DNA from: Oscillospiraceae bacterium
GTDB taxonomy: Bacteria > Bacillota > Clostridia > Oscillospirales > JAVBNY01
Direction of reading: 5' to 3'
DNA length: 64,000 nucleotides
Assembly: GCA_031551205.1 (NCBI GenBank)
Contig: JAVBNY010000001.1
Span: 78,319-142,318 of the forward strand
Position numbers and translations under genes: made by a program. The notes below the pieces were generated by a model. The model ran no database searches. It was not told the origin of the DNA and saw only the letters and a program-made list of their open reading frames with translations. Positions within the stretch are counted from its first letter, which is position 1, and each line of letters opens with the position of its first letter. Below, in pieces: positions 36,447 through 46,786 of this stretch.

Positions 36447-37016
36447 TTATTTTGCGTATGTATGCAATCCTTTAAGCAAAACTGAGATAATTCTTTTTTG
36501 AACCAGCACGGAAATGGCCGTAATAGCCACGCCTTTTACCACGTTAAAGAGGAGAAGCGCCGGCATCATCACAAGATATGTTCCGGGCGGGACGTTTGAA
36601 ACGGCTTCATACGCGGGAATAAAGATAAAAAGATTTGAGACGAAGGCGACGGCGGTCATAAGCAGCGTCCCCGAGGCGCCGAGCGTCAGCGTCCTCACAC
36701 GTTCGTCTTTGATGGCGCCAAGGTTCCTGAAAAAGCCGAAGGGAACGACCAGCGCCACGCCGACAAGGAGGTTCGCAAGCTCGCCGATGCCCACGGTTTT
36801 ACTCGAGAGCACGTGCACGAGGTTCTTGATCAGCTCGACAAGCACGCCGAAGAGCGGCCCGTATGCCATCGAGGCCAAAACTGCGGGCAGGTCGGAGATG
36901 TCCATTTTGAGAAACGACGGGAAAAACAGAAGCGGGGTTTCGAAAAACATTAGCACGATTGCCAGTGCGGCGAGCAGCGCCGTGCACACCATGAGATAGA
37001 TTCGTTTTCTTAGCAT
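36447..37016 (-). CDS. ribU: ECF transporter S component, riboflavin
   Basis: FLKMDISDLP, VELIKN, GIGELAN, FNVVKG; FMN riboswitch upstream. Confidence 0.9.
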   Translation of the reverse strand: MLRKRIYLMVCTALLAALAIVLMFFETPLLFFPSFLKMDISDLPAVLASMAYGPLFGVLVELIKNLVHVLSSKTVGIGELANLLVGVALVVPFGFFRNLGAIKDERVRTLTLGASGTLLMTAVAFVSNLFIFIPAYEAVSNVPPGTYLVMMPALLLFNVVKGVAITAISVLVQKRIISVLLKGLHTYAK

Positions 37017-37059
37017 AATTTTTCCTCTTTTCGTCAGGCAAATGCCCAAGATAAACGCG

Positions 37060-37081
37060 AAAAAGCGCCCTTTTGGGGCGC
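37060..37081 (-). terminator. Riboswitch expression-platform terminator
   Basis: GCGCCC-CAAAA-GGGCGC-TTTTT on minus strand between aptamer and ribU. Confidence 0.65.
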
Positions 37082-37108
37082 GGCAGCACTTCCGCCTAAG
37101 CGAAAAAC

Positions 37109-37232
37109 GCCTTCTCGCATCCGGACTATACCGTCGGCTCCGGATTCAAACCGGATCATGCTTTCGCTCGCGGGCTTATCGGCTTTCGCCGCTTCACCGC
37201 CGGTGGGGAATCTCACCCCGCCCCGAAGACAG
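37109..37232 (-). ncRNA. FMN riboswitch (RFN element)
   Basis: TCTTCGGGGCGGGGTGAGATTCCCCACCGGCGGT...AGCCCGCGAGC...GATCCGGT...CCGGAGCCGACGGTATAGTCCGGATGCGAGAAG; promoter TTGCAC-N17-TAGAAT upstream. Confidence 0.97.
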
Positions 37233-37479
37233 ATATTTACTTATGGCGCTATTCTAGCATATTTCCGCATTGCGTGCAACATGTTTTTATTTTGCCGCCG
37301 ACAAGGCCTCTCCGAAGGAAAAAGATTAATGTTTATACTTTTTTTGCTTGTTATTGCGCGTACATGTGCTATAATATTACGACGCAGATAAATCAATTGG
37401 TCGTCCGGGCGCGCTGCGCTTTAAAAAATAGGCGGCATCCGGCTCACAAGGCGCCGCTTCACTCCAAGAGGGGGAGAAT

Positions 37480-40215
37480 ATGGGGATATTTAAAAAGATA
37501 TTCGGCACTACAAGCGCGAAGGAGCTAAAGCTCATCTATCCGCTGATTGACAGAATCGAGGCGCTGGAGGACGAATACCGACGGCTGTCCGACGCCGAAC
37601 TTAAAGCTAAGACTGCCCAGTTTAAAGACCGGATATCAAACGGAGAGTCGCTTGACAGCATCCTTCCCGAGGCTTTTGCCACTGTCCGTGAGGCGGCCGA
37701 CAGGGTTATCGGCCTGCGCCCGTACAGGGTTCAGCTCGTAGGCGGAGTAGTGTTGCATCAGGGGCGCATTTCAGAGATGAAGACGGGCGAGGGCAAGACG
37801 CTTGTCGCCGTTTTGCCGGCGTATCTTAACGCCCTCTCCGGAAAAGGCGTGCATATCGTCACGGTCAACGACTACCTTGCGAGGCGCGACAGCGAATGGA
37901 TGGGTAAGATACACAGGTTTTTGGGGCTGAAGGTCGGGCTGATTGTCCACGACCTTGAAAGCGCCGAGAGGCGCGCGTCATACGCCGCCGACATAACATA
38001 CGGCACGAACAACGAGTTCGGCTTTGACTATCTGCGCGACAATATGGCCATTTATAAGGAGCACATGGTGCAGCGGGGGCACAGCTTCGCAATCGTCGAC
38101 GAGGTGGACTCAATACTTATTGACGAGGCGAGAACGCCGCTCATCATCTCGGGGCAGGGAGACAAGTCGACGCAGCTTTACGAGCTGGCCGACCGTTTTG
38201 CGCAGTCGCTGCGGGCAATGCGCGTGAAGCAGCTGGATTCGAAAGAGGAGCACGACGACATTGACGCCGACTACGTCGTGGATGAAAAGGCGAGGACGGT
38301 TACGCTCACCGCCTCGGGTATTAAGAAGGCGGAGAAACATTTCAGCGTCGAGAACCTGTCCGACCCGGATAACACGACGCTGTCTCACCATATTAACCAG
38401 GCCATCCGTGCGCGCGGCCTCATGCAGCGCGATGTCGATTACGTTGTGCGCGATGGAGAGGTCATAATTGTCGACGAGTTTACAGGCAGGCTGATGTTCG
38501 GCAGGCGTTACTCCGAGGGGCTGCACCAGGCGATCGAGGCTAAGGAGGGCGTCAAGGTCGAGCGCGAGAGCAAGACGCTCGCGACGATCACGTTTCAGAA
38601 CTATTTTAGGCTTTACACAAAGCTCTCCGGCATGACGGGAACGGCCCTCACCGAGGAAGAGGAATTCCGGCATATCTACAAGCTTGACGTTGTCGAGATC
38701 CCGACGAACCGGCCCCTCTCGAGAGCTGACAACCCCGACGCGGTTTATAAGACCGAGATGGGCAAGTTCAGGGCGGTTATCGAGCAGATCGAGCAGTGTC
38801 ACGAGAAGGGGCAGCCCGTTCTGGTGGGTACGATCTCTATCGAAAAGTCTGAGCTGCTGTCAAGTATGCTCAAAAAGAAGGGCATAAAACACAACGTGCT
38901 CAACGCGAAGCACCACGAGAAGGAGGCCGAGATCGTGGCGCAGGCCGGGCGCTTCGGCGCGGTCACAATTGCCACGAACATGGCCGGACGCGGAACCGAC
39001 ATTGTACTTGGAGGAAACGCGGAGTCAATGGCTGTGGCGGAGCTGCGGAAATCCGGCTTTGATGAGGACGTCATCACGGAGGCGACCGGCCTTGCCGAAA
39101 CCAATAATGAAGACATTCTGGCCGCGCGGGAGAGGTATACCGAGCTTTTAAAGGAGCATAAGAGGGAAACCGCCGAGGAGGCGGAACGCGTAAGGGCCGC
39201 CGGCGGGCTCTTTATCATGGGCACGGAGAGGCACGAGAGCCGAAGGATCGACAATCAGCTAAGAGGCCGTTCCGGAAGGCAGGGCGACCCGGGCGCCAGC
39301 AGGTTCTACATCTCGATGGAAGACGACCTGATGCGCCTGTTCGGATCCGACCGCATAACCGCGATGATGGATACACTGGGTATCGACGAAGACACGCCGA
39401 TCGACCAGAAGATGCTGTCAAACGCGATAGAAAACGCGCAGAAGAAGGTTGAGTCGCGCAACTTCCAGACGCGAAAGAGCGTCCTGGAATACGACGACGT
39501 AATGAACACGCAGCGTGAGATTATTTATAAGCAGCGCGGCCAGGTGCTCGACGGAGCGGATATAAAGTCAAGCATTGAGGGCATGATTGAAGACGTCATA
39601 AACATGGCTGTCGACGGCGTGCTCGGCGAGCAGAAGTACCCCGAGCAGTATCAGGTCGCGGAGATAGCGCGCATGTTTGAGGGGCTGTTTTTGCGCCAGG
39701 GAGACCTGAAATATTCAGATGAAGAGATAAATAACGTCACCGGAGACATGATGAAGGACGTTCTCAGGAGCCGCGCCAGGGAGGAATATGAGATCAAGGA
39801 GCGCGAGCTCACGCCCGAGAGAATGCGCGAGCTTGAGCGCGTGGTGCTGCTCAGGATGGTTGACGAGAAATGGATGGATCACATCGACGCGATGCACGAG
39901 CTGCGGCAGGGCATCGGGCTCCGCGCCTACGCGCAGACTGATCCTATTGTCGCCTACAAACACGACGGCTTCGAAATGTTCGACGAGATGATAAACTCGA
40001 TCAAGCAGGACACGGTCAGGATGATCTACCTCGCGAGGCTGCGCGGGCAGGAGGAGCCGCAGCGCGCTCAGGTCGCAAAGCCTACCGTCGCCGTGCACGG
40101 CGACGGCAGCGAGAAGCCGCGGCCGATTAGGGTCAAAAACAAGGTCGGCAGGAATGACCCCTGCCCCTGCGGAAGCGGGAAGAAGTACAAAAAATGCTGC
40201 GGAGCCGACGAATAG
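37480..40215 (+). CDS. secA: Preprotein translocase ATPase SecA
   Basis: [39 protein letters not shown]-terminal [18 protein letters not shown]. Confidence 0.99.
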   Translation: MGIFKKIFGTTSAKELKLIYPLIDRIEALEDEYRRLSDAELKAKTAQFKDRISNGESLDSILPEAFATVREAADRVIGLRPYRVQLVGGVVLHQGRISEMKTGEGKTLVAVLPAYLNALSGKGVHIVTVNDYLARRDSEWMGKIHRFLGLKVGLIVHDLESAERRASYAADITYGTNNEFGFDYLRDNMAIYKEHMVQRGHSFAIVDEVDSILIDEARTPLIISGQGDKSTQLYELADRFAQSLRAMRVKQLDSKEEHDDIDADYVVDEKARTVTLTASGIKKAEKHFSVENLSDPDNTTLSHHINQAIRARGLMQRDVDYVVRDGEVIIVDEFTGRLMFGRRYSEGLHQAIEAKEGVKVERESKTLATITFQNYFRLYTKLSGMTGTALTEEEEFRHIYKLDVVEIPTNRPLSRADNPDAVYKTEMGKFRAVIEQIEQCHEKGQPVLVGTISIEKSELLSSMLKKKGIKHNVLNAKHHEKEAEIVAQAGRFGAVTIATNMAGRGTDIVLGGNAESMAVAELRKSGFDEDVITEATGLAETNNEDILAARERYTELLKEHKRETAEEAERVRAAGGLFIMGTERHESRRIDNQLRGRSGRQGDPGASRFYISMEDDLMRLFGSDRITAMMDTLGIDEDTPIDQKMLSNAIENAQKKVESRNFQTRKSVLEYDDVMNTQREIIYKQRGQVLDGADIKSSIEGMIEDVINMAVDGVLGEQKYPEQYQVAEIARMFEGLFLRQGDLKYSDEEINNVTGDMMKDVLRSRAREEYEIKERELTPERMRELERVVLLRMVDEKWMDHIDAMHELRQGIGLRAYAQTDPIVAYKHDGFEMFDEMINSIKQDTVRMIYLARLRGQEEPQRAQVAKPTVAVHGDGSEKPRPIRVKNKVGRNDPCPCGSGKKYKKCCGADE

Positions 40216-40249
40216 CGGCTTTGTAAGGCGCAAGGATGGGAGGTTTACT

Positions 40250-41371
40250 ATGGCTGCGGTTAAGATTAGAGACAATGTATATTGGGTAGGCGCAATAGAC
40301 TGGAATGTGAGAGTTTTCCACGGCTACAAGGTTCCATACGGCACGACCTACAACGCCTATCTCGTTCTTGACGAGAAGGTCACGCTGATCGATACGGTCA
40401 AGGCTCCGTTTTTCGACGAGATGATTCAGAACATCTCCGAGATTGTCGATCCCTCTAAGATCGATATACTGATTTCAAACCACGTAGAGCCGGATCACAG
40501 CGGCGCGCTGCCGGAGATAGCGAAGCTCTGCAAGGGCGCGGAGATTTACGCGACGCAGAACGGCGAAAAGGGCCTAAGGGCCTATTATGGCGACTTTGAA
40601 AATCCGTTTAAGCTTGTGAAAAAGGGCGACAGTCTGTGCACTGGCAAATTTAATTTCGATTTTGTCCCTATGCCGATGGTGCACTGGCCCGACAGCATGT
40701 CGACCTACCTGCGCGAGGAGAAGATACTATTTTCAAATGACGCATTCGGCCAGCACATTGCCTCGAACGAACGCTTTGACGACGAGATCGGGCTGATGAG
40801 GCTGACGGAGAGGGCAAGCGATTATTATGCGAACATCGTCCTGCCGTTTGCCGCTCCGGTGAAGAAGCTGCTCTCAGACGTGGCCCCGTTTGAGCTTTCC
40901 TGCATATGCCCGAGCCACGGCGTAATCCTGCGTTCGTTTATACCCGAGATCGCGGAGAAATACGCCTTTTGGGCGGGCGGAGGGTACTATGACGGTAGGG
41001 CAGTTATAGTATACGATACGATGTGGGAGTCCACCCGTATGCTTGCTGAGAGCATTGAGCTGGAATTTAAGAAAAAGGGCGTAGAGACGGCTGTCTTCGA
41101 CCTCAGGAAAAGGCACATATCAGAGGCGCTTTCCGCCTGTCTTGAGGCAAAGTATATATGCGTCGGATCCCCGACGCTGAACCGGAATATGATGCCCACC
41201 GTGGCGGGCTTTCTGTGCTATCTCAGGGGCCTCGGCCCGAAGGAGAGGACCGGGCTCGCGTTCGGCTCCTATGGCTGGAGCGGGGAAAGCGTGGGCCAGA
41301 TTGAGTCGGCGCTCGCGGAGCTGAAGTACGATATGCTGCCCGCGAGAAAGGCCGTTTACAGGCCGGAGTGA
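40250..41371 (+). CDS. fprA: Flavodiiron protein (A-type flavoprotein)
   Basis: GTTYNAY, NHVEPDHSG, HWPDSM, SNDAFGQH, PSHG, GSPTLN, FGSYGWSGE; start after GGAGG. Confidence 0.93.
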   Translation: MAAVKIRDNVYWVGAIDWNVRVFHGYKVPYGTTYNAYLVLDEKVTLIDTVKAPFFDEMIQNISEIVDPSKIDILISNHVEPDHSGALPEIAKLCKGAEIYATQNGEKGLRAYYGDFENPFKLVKKGDSLCTGKFNFDFVPMPMVHWPDSMSTYLREEKILFSNDAFGQHIASNERFDDEIGLMRLTERASDYYANIVLPFAAPVKKLLSDVAPFELSCICPSHGVILRSFIPEIAEKYAFWAGGGYYDGRAVIVYDTMWESTRMLAESIELEFKKKGVETAVFDLRKRHISEALSACLEAKYICVGSPTLNRNMMPTVAGFLCYLRGLGPKERTGLAFGSYGWSGESVGQIESALAELKYDMLPARKAVYRPE

Positions 41372-42180
41372 TGCCGGATGGGTTCACACTTAAAAGGCGC
41401 GGCGGAATAACGTGGCTGGAGCCGGATATCTTCGAAGGGCGCGTCCGCGCGGCGTTTATGACGCGGCTGGGCGGTGTCAGCCATGGGATATATGAATCGC
41501 TGAACCTCGGCCTCCGTCTTGGCGATGACAGGGAGAGCGTGCTGGAAAACTACAGGCTTGCCGGCGAGGCGGTGGATATTGATATAAAGAGGCTTGTTGC
41601 CTTCCGTCAGGCGCACACGGACATTGTGGTGACGGCCTCCGGCCCGCTCGCGGGCTGTGCGTTCGATCCGGAAGTGACAGCTGAGGCGGACGGCGCCGTC
41701 ACGAATGAGACCGGCCTGCCCCTCGGGGTGTACGCTGCCGACTGTGTGCCGATTTTGCTTTATAATCCAAAGGCGCGTTGCGCGGGCGCTGTGCACGCCG
41801 GATGGCGCGGCACCGCTTCCGGAATAGCGGCGGCGGCGATTAAAAGAATGACCGGGGACTTCGGATCAAATCCGGGCGATATTCTCGCCGCGATCGGCCC
41901 GCGTATATGCGGGGGCTGCTTTGAGACGGGGCCGGAGGTTGCGCGCGCGATGGAAGAGGCCTTCGGCCTGGGCGCGGAGGGGCATATAAGCCAGCACGGT
42001 GAAAAGCACCGTATCGACCTCGGCGCGCTGAACGCTATGTGGCTCACGCGCGCCGGAGTGCCGAAAAGCAGTATTGCCGTCTCCGATATGTGCACGATGG
42101 AGCGGAGGGATCTTTTCTGGTCTCATCGGGGTACACACGGAGAGCGGGGTGTCCAGGCGGCGTTCATTTGTATGCCGTAA
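41371..42180 (+). CDS. pgeF: Peptidoglycan editing factor / YfiH family
   Basis: TRLGGVS, ADCVPIL, HAGWRG, IGP.I...CFE, FWSHR. Confidence 0.92.
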   Translation: MPDGFTLKRRGGITWLEPDIFEGRVRAAFMTRLGGVSHGIYESLNLGLRLGDDRESVLENYRLAGEAVDIDIKRLVAFRQAHTDIVVTASGPLAGCAFDPEVTAEADGAVTNETGLPLGVYAADCVPILLYNPKARCAGAVHAGWRGTASGIAAAAIKRMTGDFGSNPGDILAAIGPRICGGCFETGPEVARAMEEAFGLGAEGHISQHGEKHRIDLGALNAMWLTRAGVPKSSIAVSDMCTMERRDLFWSHRGTHGERGVQAAFICMP

Positions 42181-42314
42181 GGCGAGCCGATTCGGACAGT
42201 GATCTGAAATGTAACAAATATATACCTAAATTGCAAACATTTTGTCTTGATTATTGTCCTGAGATTCATTACAATATATTTATAGGAAGTGTCCCAGCGG
42301 CAGAGTGATAAATC

Positions 42315-43931
42315 ATGTCCAGACTATCGAAAATAAAGTTAATATCCGTCTCACTTGCAGTGCTCATCTCGCTGTCAGTGCTGCTTGCAGGGTGCAGTTA
42401 TCTCACGGAGACGGTGCAGGACGACGCTTCGCTTCTGGGAGCGGTTTCGCCGTCGCCATCTCCGCCGCCGGTTATCCGCGTCCCGACCGGGCCGGCGAAA
42501 AACAGCCTTTTCGGGCTTGCCTACTCTGCCTCTTCGTTAAAAAACCCTATATTGACGAAGAACAGATTTAACCTTGAGATTGCGTCGCTCGTTTACGAAG
42601 GGCTTTTTTATGTGGACAGCGGATTTGTGGCGAGAAGCCAGCTGTGCGAGAGCTATCAGGCCTTCGGCGAGAGGTATGTCTTTTTGATCCGCGGCGGTGT
42701 TTTGTTCTCCGACGGCTCTGAGCTTAACGCGAAGGACGCGGCCTACTCGCTTGAGCTTGCCAGGTCTCCTGAGTCGCTGTATGCATCCAGGCTGAAGGAT
42801 GTGAAGGAGATCAGGGCAACGGGGGAGTATACGCTCGAGGTGACGCTGGATGCGCCGCGGGCAGGATTTCCGCTACTTCTTGACATTCCGCTCATTAAAG
42901 ACGGCAGCGCGCAGGATGAGTTCCCTCCCGGAACCGGGCCTTACAGTTTTTTGGGAGAGGGTCAGGAGGCGCACCTAGCCGCCCGCACAAACTGGTGGCG
43001 GGGTGAAAAACTCCCCGAGTCGAGGATTGAGCTTGTCGACAACGCGGGCCCGGACGCGCTGATATACGAGTTTGAGACCGCGCGGGTTTCATGCGTTACG
43101 GCTGATATGACGGCATCGGAGCCGATTGTTTTCTCCGGGGATTTTGAAACATGGGACTATCCCACGACAACGATGCAGTTTATAGGATTCAACGCCAGGA
43201 AGCAGGCGCTTTCAAGTGCGCTTGTCAGGCAGGCGGTATCGCTGAGCATAGACAGGGACGGTATCTGCTCGCGCGTAATGTCGCGTCACGCGTCGGAGGC
43301 GCCTCTGCCGTGCAGCCCTTTTGCGCAAAGCTATGATTCTGCCCTTGCCAGAACGGCGTCCTATGCGCCCTCAAAGGCGGCGGAGCTTCTGCGGCAGGCC
43401 GGCGCGGTGGATGCAGACGAAGACGGCGCGCTGGAGCTTATTATTGGAAAAAAGTCTTATCCGCTCTCATTTGATATGCTCACAAACGCTGAAAACAGCT
43501 ATAAGGTCTCGGCTGCGAGGATTATTGCGGACAGGCTCAGGGCTATGGGCATCGCGGTCAATCTTAGAGAGCTGAAGTGGAACGACATGGAGGCCGCGCT
43601 CGCGGCGGGAGACTTTGACCTCTATTATGGCGAGGTGTCGCTCACGGCGGACTTTGATGTATCCGAGCTCATATCGCGGTACGGAGCGATGAATTACGGA
43701 GGCTTTTACAGCGCAGAACTTGAGGAAAAGCTTGAAAAGTATATGGCGGCGGAGGGTTTCCTCCAGTCGGGAGCCCGTGAAGAGTTCTATTCCGCTTTTT
43801 TGGAGCAGGCGCCGATAGCGCCGGTGCTTTTCAAGAGCGGGTCGCTTCTGACGGTTCGCGGTTTGATTAAAAACCCAAGCCCAACCAAGCAGAATATTTT
43901 CAGAGACTTTGAAAAATGGGAGATAGGTTGA
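42315..43931 (+). CDS. ABC transporter substrate-binding lipoprotein, family 5
   Basis: Lipobox LLAGC; VYEGL, FSDG, GTGPY, VRQAVS.SIDR. Confidence 0.88.
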   Translation: MSRLSKIKLISVSLAVLISLSVLLAGCSYLTETVQDDASLLGAVSPSPSPPPVIRVPTGPAKNSLFGLAYSASSLKNPILTKNRFNLEIASLVYEGLFYVDSGFVARSQLCESYQAFGERYVFLIRGGVLFSDGSELNAKDAAYSLELARSPESLYASRLKDVKEIRATGEYTLEVTLDAPRAGFPLLLDIPLIKDGSAQDEFPPGTGPYSFLGEGQEAHLAARTNWWRGEKLPESRIELVDNAGPDALIYEFETARVSCVTADMTASEPIVFSGDFETWDYPTTTMQFIGFNARKQALSSALVRQAVSLSIDRDGICSRVMSRHASEAPLPCSPFAQSYDSALARTASYAPSKAAELLRQAGAVDADEDGALELIIGKKSYPLSFDMLTNAENSYKVSAARIIADRLRAMGIAVNLRELKWNDMEAALAAGDFDLYYGEVSLTADFDVSELISRYGAMNYGGFYSAELEEKLEKYMAAEGFLQSGAREEFYSAFLEQAPIAPVLFKSGSLLTVRGLIKNPSPTKQNIFRDFEKWEIG

Positions 43932-43932
43932 C

Positions 43933-44613
43933 GTGAAAAAGATCAGGTACGACACAAACAAGCTTATAGACATACGCAATAGCCTGCTGGCGGAGTATGG
44001 GCCCGGTCGATGGTGGCCGGCGGATTCTCCGTTTGAGGTCATGTGCGGCGCGATACTCACGCAGAACACGACTTGGCAGAATGTGGAGGTCGCCTTCGAT
44101 AACCTGGGTAGAGACAAAACCCCTGAGCAAATACTCGAAATGCCGATGACAGAGCTGGCGGACGCGATCCGTCCGTCGGGTTATTTTAATCAAAAAGCAA
44201 AGCGAATCAAGGCGATAGCTCAATGGTATCTGGACGGCGGCGGCGAAGTGTCCGCGTTTGAAGATATCGGCAAGACAGAGCTTCGAGAGATGCTGCTATC
44301 GGTCAACGGCGTCGGGTTTGAGACGGCGGATTCAATACTTTTGTATGCTTTTCACAGGCCGGTTTTTGTCGTGGACGCATATACCAGGAGGCTTTTTGAC
44401 AGGCTTGGATTCGACATTCCCCGCTCTTATGAGGACTTTGCCGCCTGCTTCCATGAGGCGCTGGAGTCCGACGCTGAGCTGTACGCGCAGTATCACGGGC
44501 TTGTCGTCGAGCACTCGAAGGTGCGCTGCTTCAAGAAGTCGCCCGACTGCGGAAGCTGCCCCCTTTCAACTTTTTGTGCATTTGCGATTGACAACACGGC
44601 AAAAATTGTTTAA
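43933..44613 (+). CDS. Endonuclease III-related HhH-GPD glycosylase
   Basis: WWP..PFEV..GAILTQNT.W.NV, GVGFETADSILLY, VVDAY, C-terminal Cys cluster. Confidence 0.9.
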   Translation: MKKIRYDTNKLIDIRNSLLAEYGPGRWWPADSPFEVMCGAILTQNTTWQNVEVAFDNLGRDKTPEQILEMPMTELADAIRPSGYFNQKAKRIKAIAQWYLDGGGEVSAFEDIGKTELREMLLSVNGVGFETADSILLYAFHRPVFVVDAYTRRLFDRLGFDIPRSYEDFAACFHEALESDAELYAQYHGLVVEHSKVRCFKKSPDCGSCPLSTFCAFAIDNTAKIV

Positions 44614-44616
44614 TAT
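44588..44616 (+). promoter_or_regulatory. sigmaA-type promoter upstream of tRNA
   Basis: TTGACA-N17-TAATAT. Confidence 0.55.
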
Positions 44617-44776
44617 ATATCTTGCGGCTTGCGAGTCATGGATTGGAAGGCTTCCAGGCGAGCCTTCCAGCGCCGTTCCGTCTCTGGAGGAGCTTTTTTG
44701 TTTCTTCTTTGAGGCAGGAATTGAGCTATTATCTCTTTATCGAAGTAAGGCCTTCTTTTTTTGTCATAAATCATTT

Positions 44777-44853
44777 GCCCCCGTACCTCACCAGGATAGA
44801 GGGCCCGCCTCCTAAGCGGGATGTAGTGCGTTCGAGTCGCGCCGGGGGTGCCA
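44777..44853 (+). tRNA. tRNA-Arg (anticodon CCT)
   Basis: Cloverleaf: GCCCCCG/CGGGGGT, D stem CCTC/GAGG, anticodon stem CCCGC/GCGGG with loop CTCCTAA, T loop TTCGAGT, encoded CCA. Confidence 0.92.
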
Positions 44854-44894
44854 AAAAAGCGCCGCAGTCTTTTTATAGATTGCGGCGCTTTTTT
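44853..44894. terminator. Terminator after tRNA (first of three hairpins up to ~44990)
   Basis: AAAAAAGCGCCGCAGTCT...AGATTGCGGCGCTTTTTT. Confidence 0.8.
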
Positions 44895-44987
44895 CTATTT
44901 ACGATAAGCAAGGGGTGCGGCAATGTGCCGCACCCCTTTATAAACAATAACCACCGGCGAAACCGTCAAGCAATTTCGGTGGCGGGG

Positions 44988-45821
44988 TTATTTCCCGCGG
45001 CCGCCGCGATCGAGATACTGCTTTTTCAGCTCGGTGGATTCGCGCATTACGCGGGAAAGGTTCTTCGCGTCGCCTCGCTCGAGCATTGTCCTGAAGGCGG
45101 ACAGGTCGTCAATCAGTGAATCAAGCCTTCGGAGCAGATTTGACGAGTTCTCGATGAAGAGTTCGGGCCACATTGCATCGTTCAGCGTCGCCACACGCAT
45201 CAAGTCGCGGAAGCTGCCGCCCTCGAACCCCACGGTCTCAAGAAAGTCCGGCTGTCGGACAATTGCGGACGCGAGAACATGCGCAAGCTGGGACGTGTAG
45301 GCAATCATGCTGTCATGCCGGGAAGCTGTAGTGAATACGGGATTGCAGCCGAGATACCGCGCCATTTCCACGACCAGGGCCGTATCCTCCCTCGAGGCGC
45401 TTTCCGGCGTTATAATAAAGTTTGCGTCTTTAAAAATTCTCGCGGTTGAGCTTTTATGCCCCCATTTTTCCCTGCCGGCCATCGGGTGCCCTCCCACATA
45501 GCGGAGGTCCCGTTCCTTCGCGGCGCGGTGCAGCATCAGTTTCACGCCGCAGACGTCGGTGATGACGGCCTTTTCTGGGAAATCCAGCTTTTTCAGCATG
45601 GCGGCCGCCAGCCTGGGGTAAACACATAAAACTACAAGATCCGCTTCCCGAACGGCATCTCCGGCCGTTTCAAAGCACTCAATCCCGAGCGATTCCATAT
45701 AGCCGCGCGCAGCCGGATTATTGTCCGAGCCGACAATCCTTCCATCCTTGAAGCCTTTAAGGCCCTTGGCAAGGGATGCTCCCATAAGCCCGAGCCCGAT
45801 TATTGCCGTGCAAAACTCCAT
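44988..45821 (-). CDS. tyrA: Prephenate dehydrogenase
   Basis: GLGLMGAS, TDVCGVK, GGHPMAGRE, HD...AYTSQLAH, GSFRD..RVA. Confidence 0.93.
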   Translation of the reverse strand: MEFCTAIIGLGLMGASLAKGLKGFKDGRIVGSDNNPAARGYMESLGIECFETAGDAVREADLVVLCVYPRLAAAMLKKLDFPEKAVITDVCGVKLMLHRAAKERDLRYVGGHPMAGREKWGHKSSTARIFKDANFIITPESASREDTALVVEMARYLGCNPVFTTASRHDSMIAYTSQLAHVLASAIVRQPDFLETVGFEGGSFRDLMRVATLNDAMWPELFIENSSNLLRRLDSLIDDLSAFRTMLERGDAKNLSRVMRESTELKKQYLDRGGRGK

Positions 45822-45936
45822 TTTGTCCCATACCTCCGTGCCGCGCCATTTTGACGGCGCACACTGAATTATATTCCATAAAACGCATTATTTCAATAGC
45901 TCGGGAGAAAGTTTGGAAGAAGAGGTCGGCTTCGGA

Positions 45937-45966
45937 ACATAGTACGCGCCGTGGAAATCATATAAT
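45937..45966 (+). promoter_or_regulatory. sigmaE-like promoter of yunB
   Basis: ACATAGT-N15-CATATAAT. Confidence 0.55.
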
Positions 45967-46022
45967 ATTACGGTATACCCGCGAACACGGCGCCGCGGGT
46001 TGGAACGGAAAGGGGGGCGGAT

Positions 46023-46706
46023 ATGGCGCGGCGCAGGCGCATAAGGTTTTTTGCGAGGGGCGGACGGCGCGGCCGCCCGCACGTCTATGTATTGCTCTGC
46101 GTTCTGGCGGTGGCTGCATCGGTTCTTCTGATCGACCTGAAGCTGCGTCCGCTCGTCAGGCAGCTTGCGGTTTCAAGGGTGTCATACCTTGCTACGCGCG
46201 CGATAAACGATGCCGTGAGCGATGCCGTGAACGACAGTGCTCTCCAGTATGGCGACCTTGTGATGTTCGAAAAGGACACAGATGGCAAAATCACCGCGCT
46301 GAAAACAAATATGCTCGGCATAAACAGGCTGAAAAGCGGCATAACAAACCGCGTGGTCGAGAGGGTCAACGGGATGGAGCCCTCAAAGCTCTCGGTGCCG
46401 TTGGGGAATATCCTGAACGGAGAGCTTTTGTCCGGCAGAGGGCCGGGGATACCTGTCAGGATTGTACCCGTCGGCATGGTGGATACAAAATTTTCAAACA
46501 ACTTCTCGGAGGCAGGGATAAACCAGACAAGACACGAGATTGTGCTGAACGTAAAGGTCGACATCGGGGTGCTTTTGCCGGGGAACTCGGCCGACATCGT
46601 CGTTTCAAGCCAGGTGACGATCGCCGAGACAATCATCGTGGGCACGGTTCCGGGCACCTTTGCGAGCTTCGACAGTCTGGGCAATATCTGGGATGCAGAT
46701 AAATAG
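46023..46706 (+). CDS. yunB: Sporulation protein YunB
   Basis: VPLG......L...GP.IPV...P.G, F.EAGINQT.H.I, IAETIIVG.VP. Confidence 0.93.
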   Translation: MARRRRIRFFARGGRRGRPHVYVLLCVLAVAASVLLIDLKLRPLVRQLAVSRVSYLATRAINDAVSDAVNDSALQYGDLVMFEKDTDGKITALKTNMLGINRLKSGITNRVVERVNGMEPSKLSVPLGNILNGELLSGRGPGIPVRIVPVGMVDTKFSNNFSEAGINQTRHEIVLNVKVDIGVLLPGNSADIVVSSQVTIAETIIVGTVPGTFASFDSLGNIWDADK

Positions 46707-46786
46707 GTCGTGTTGAAACTCTGCTCAACACGACCTGGGATACCGGCGCGCAATTCGGTAAAACCGGGTTGCGCGTTACTGTTTTA

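Noticed and set aside
44853..44990. Three consecutive hairpins after the tRNA as attachment site or REP array
   Set aside because: The hairpins are unrelated in sequence and I saw no tRNA 3' duplication or integrase; consistent with terminators of convergent genes.
45803..46753. 299-aa (+) and 222-aa (-) ORFs over yunB
   Set aside because: Alternate-frame shadows in GC-rich DNA.
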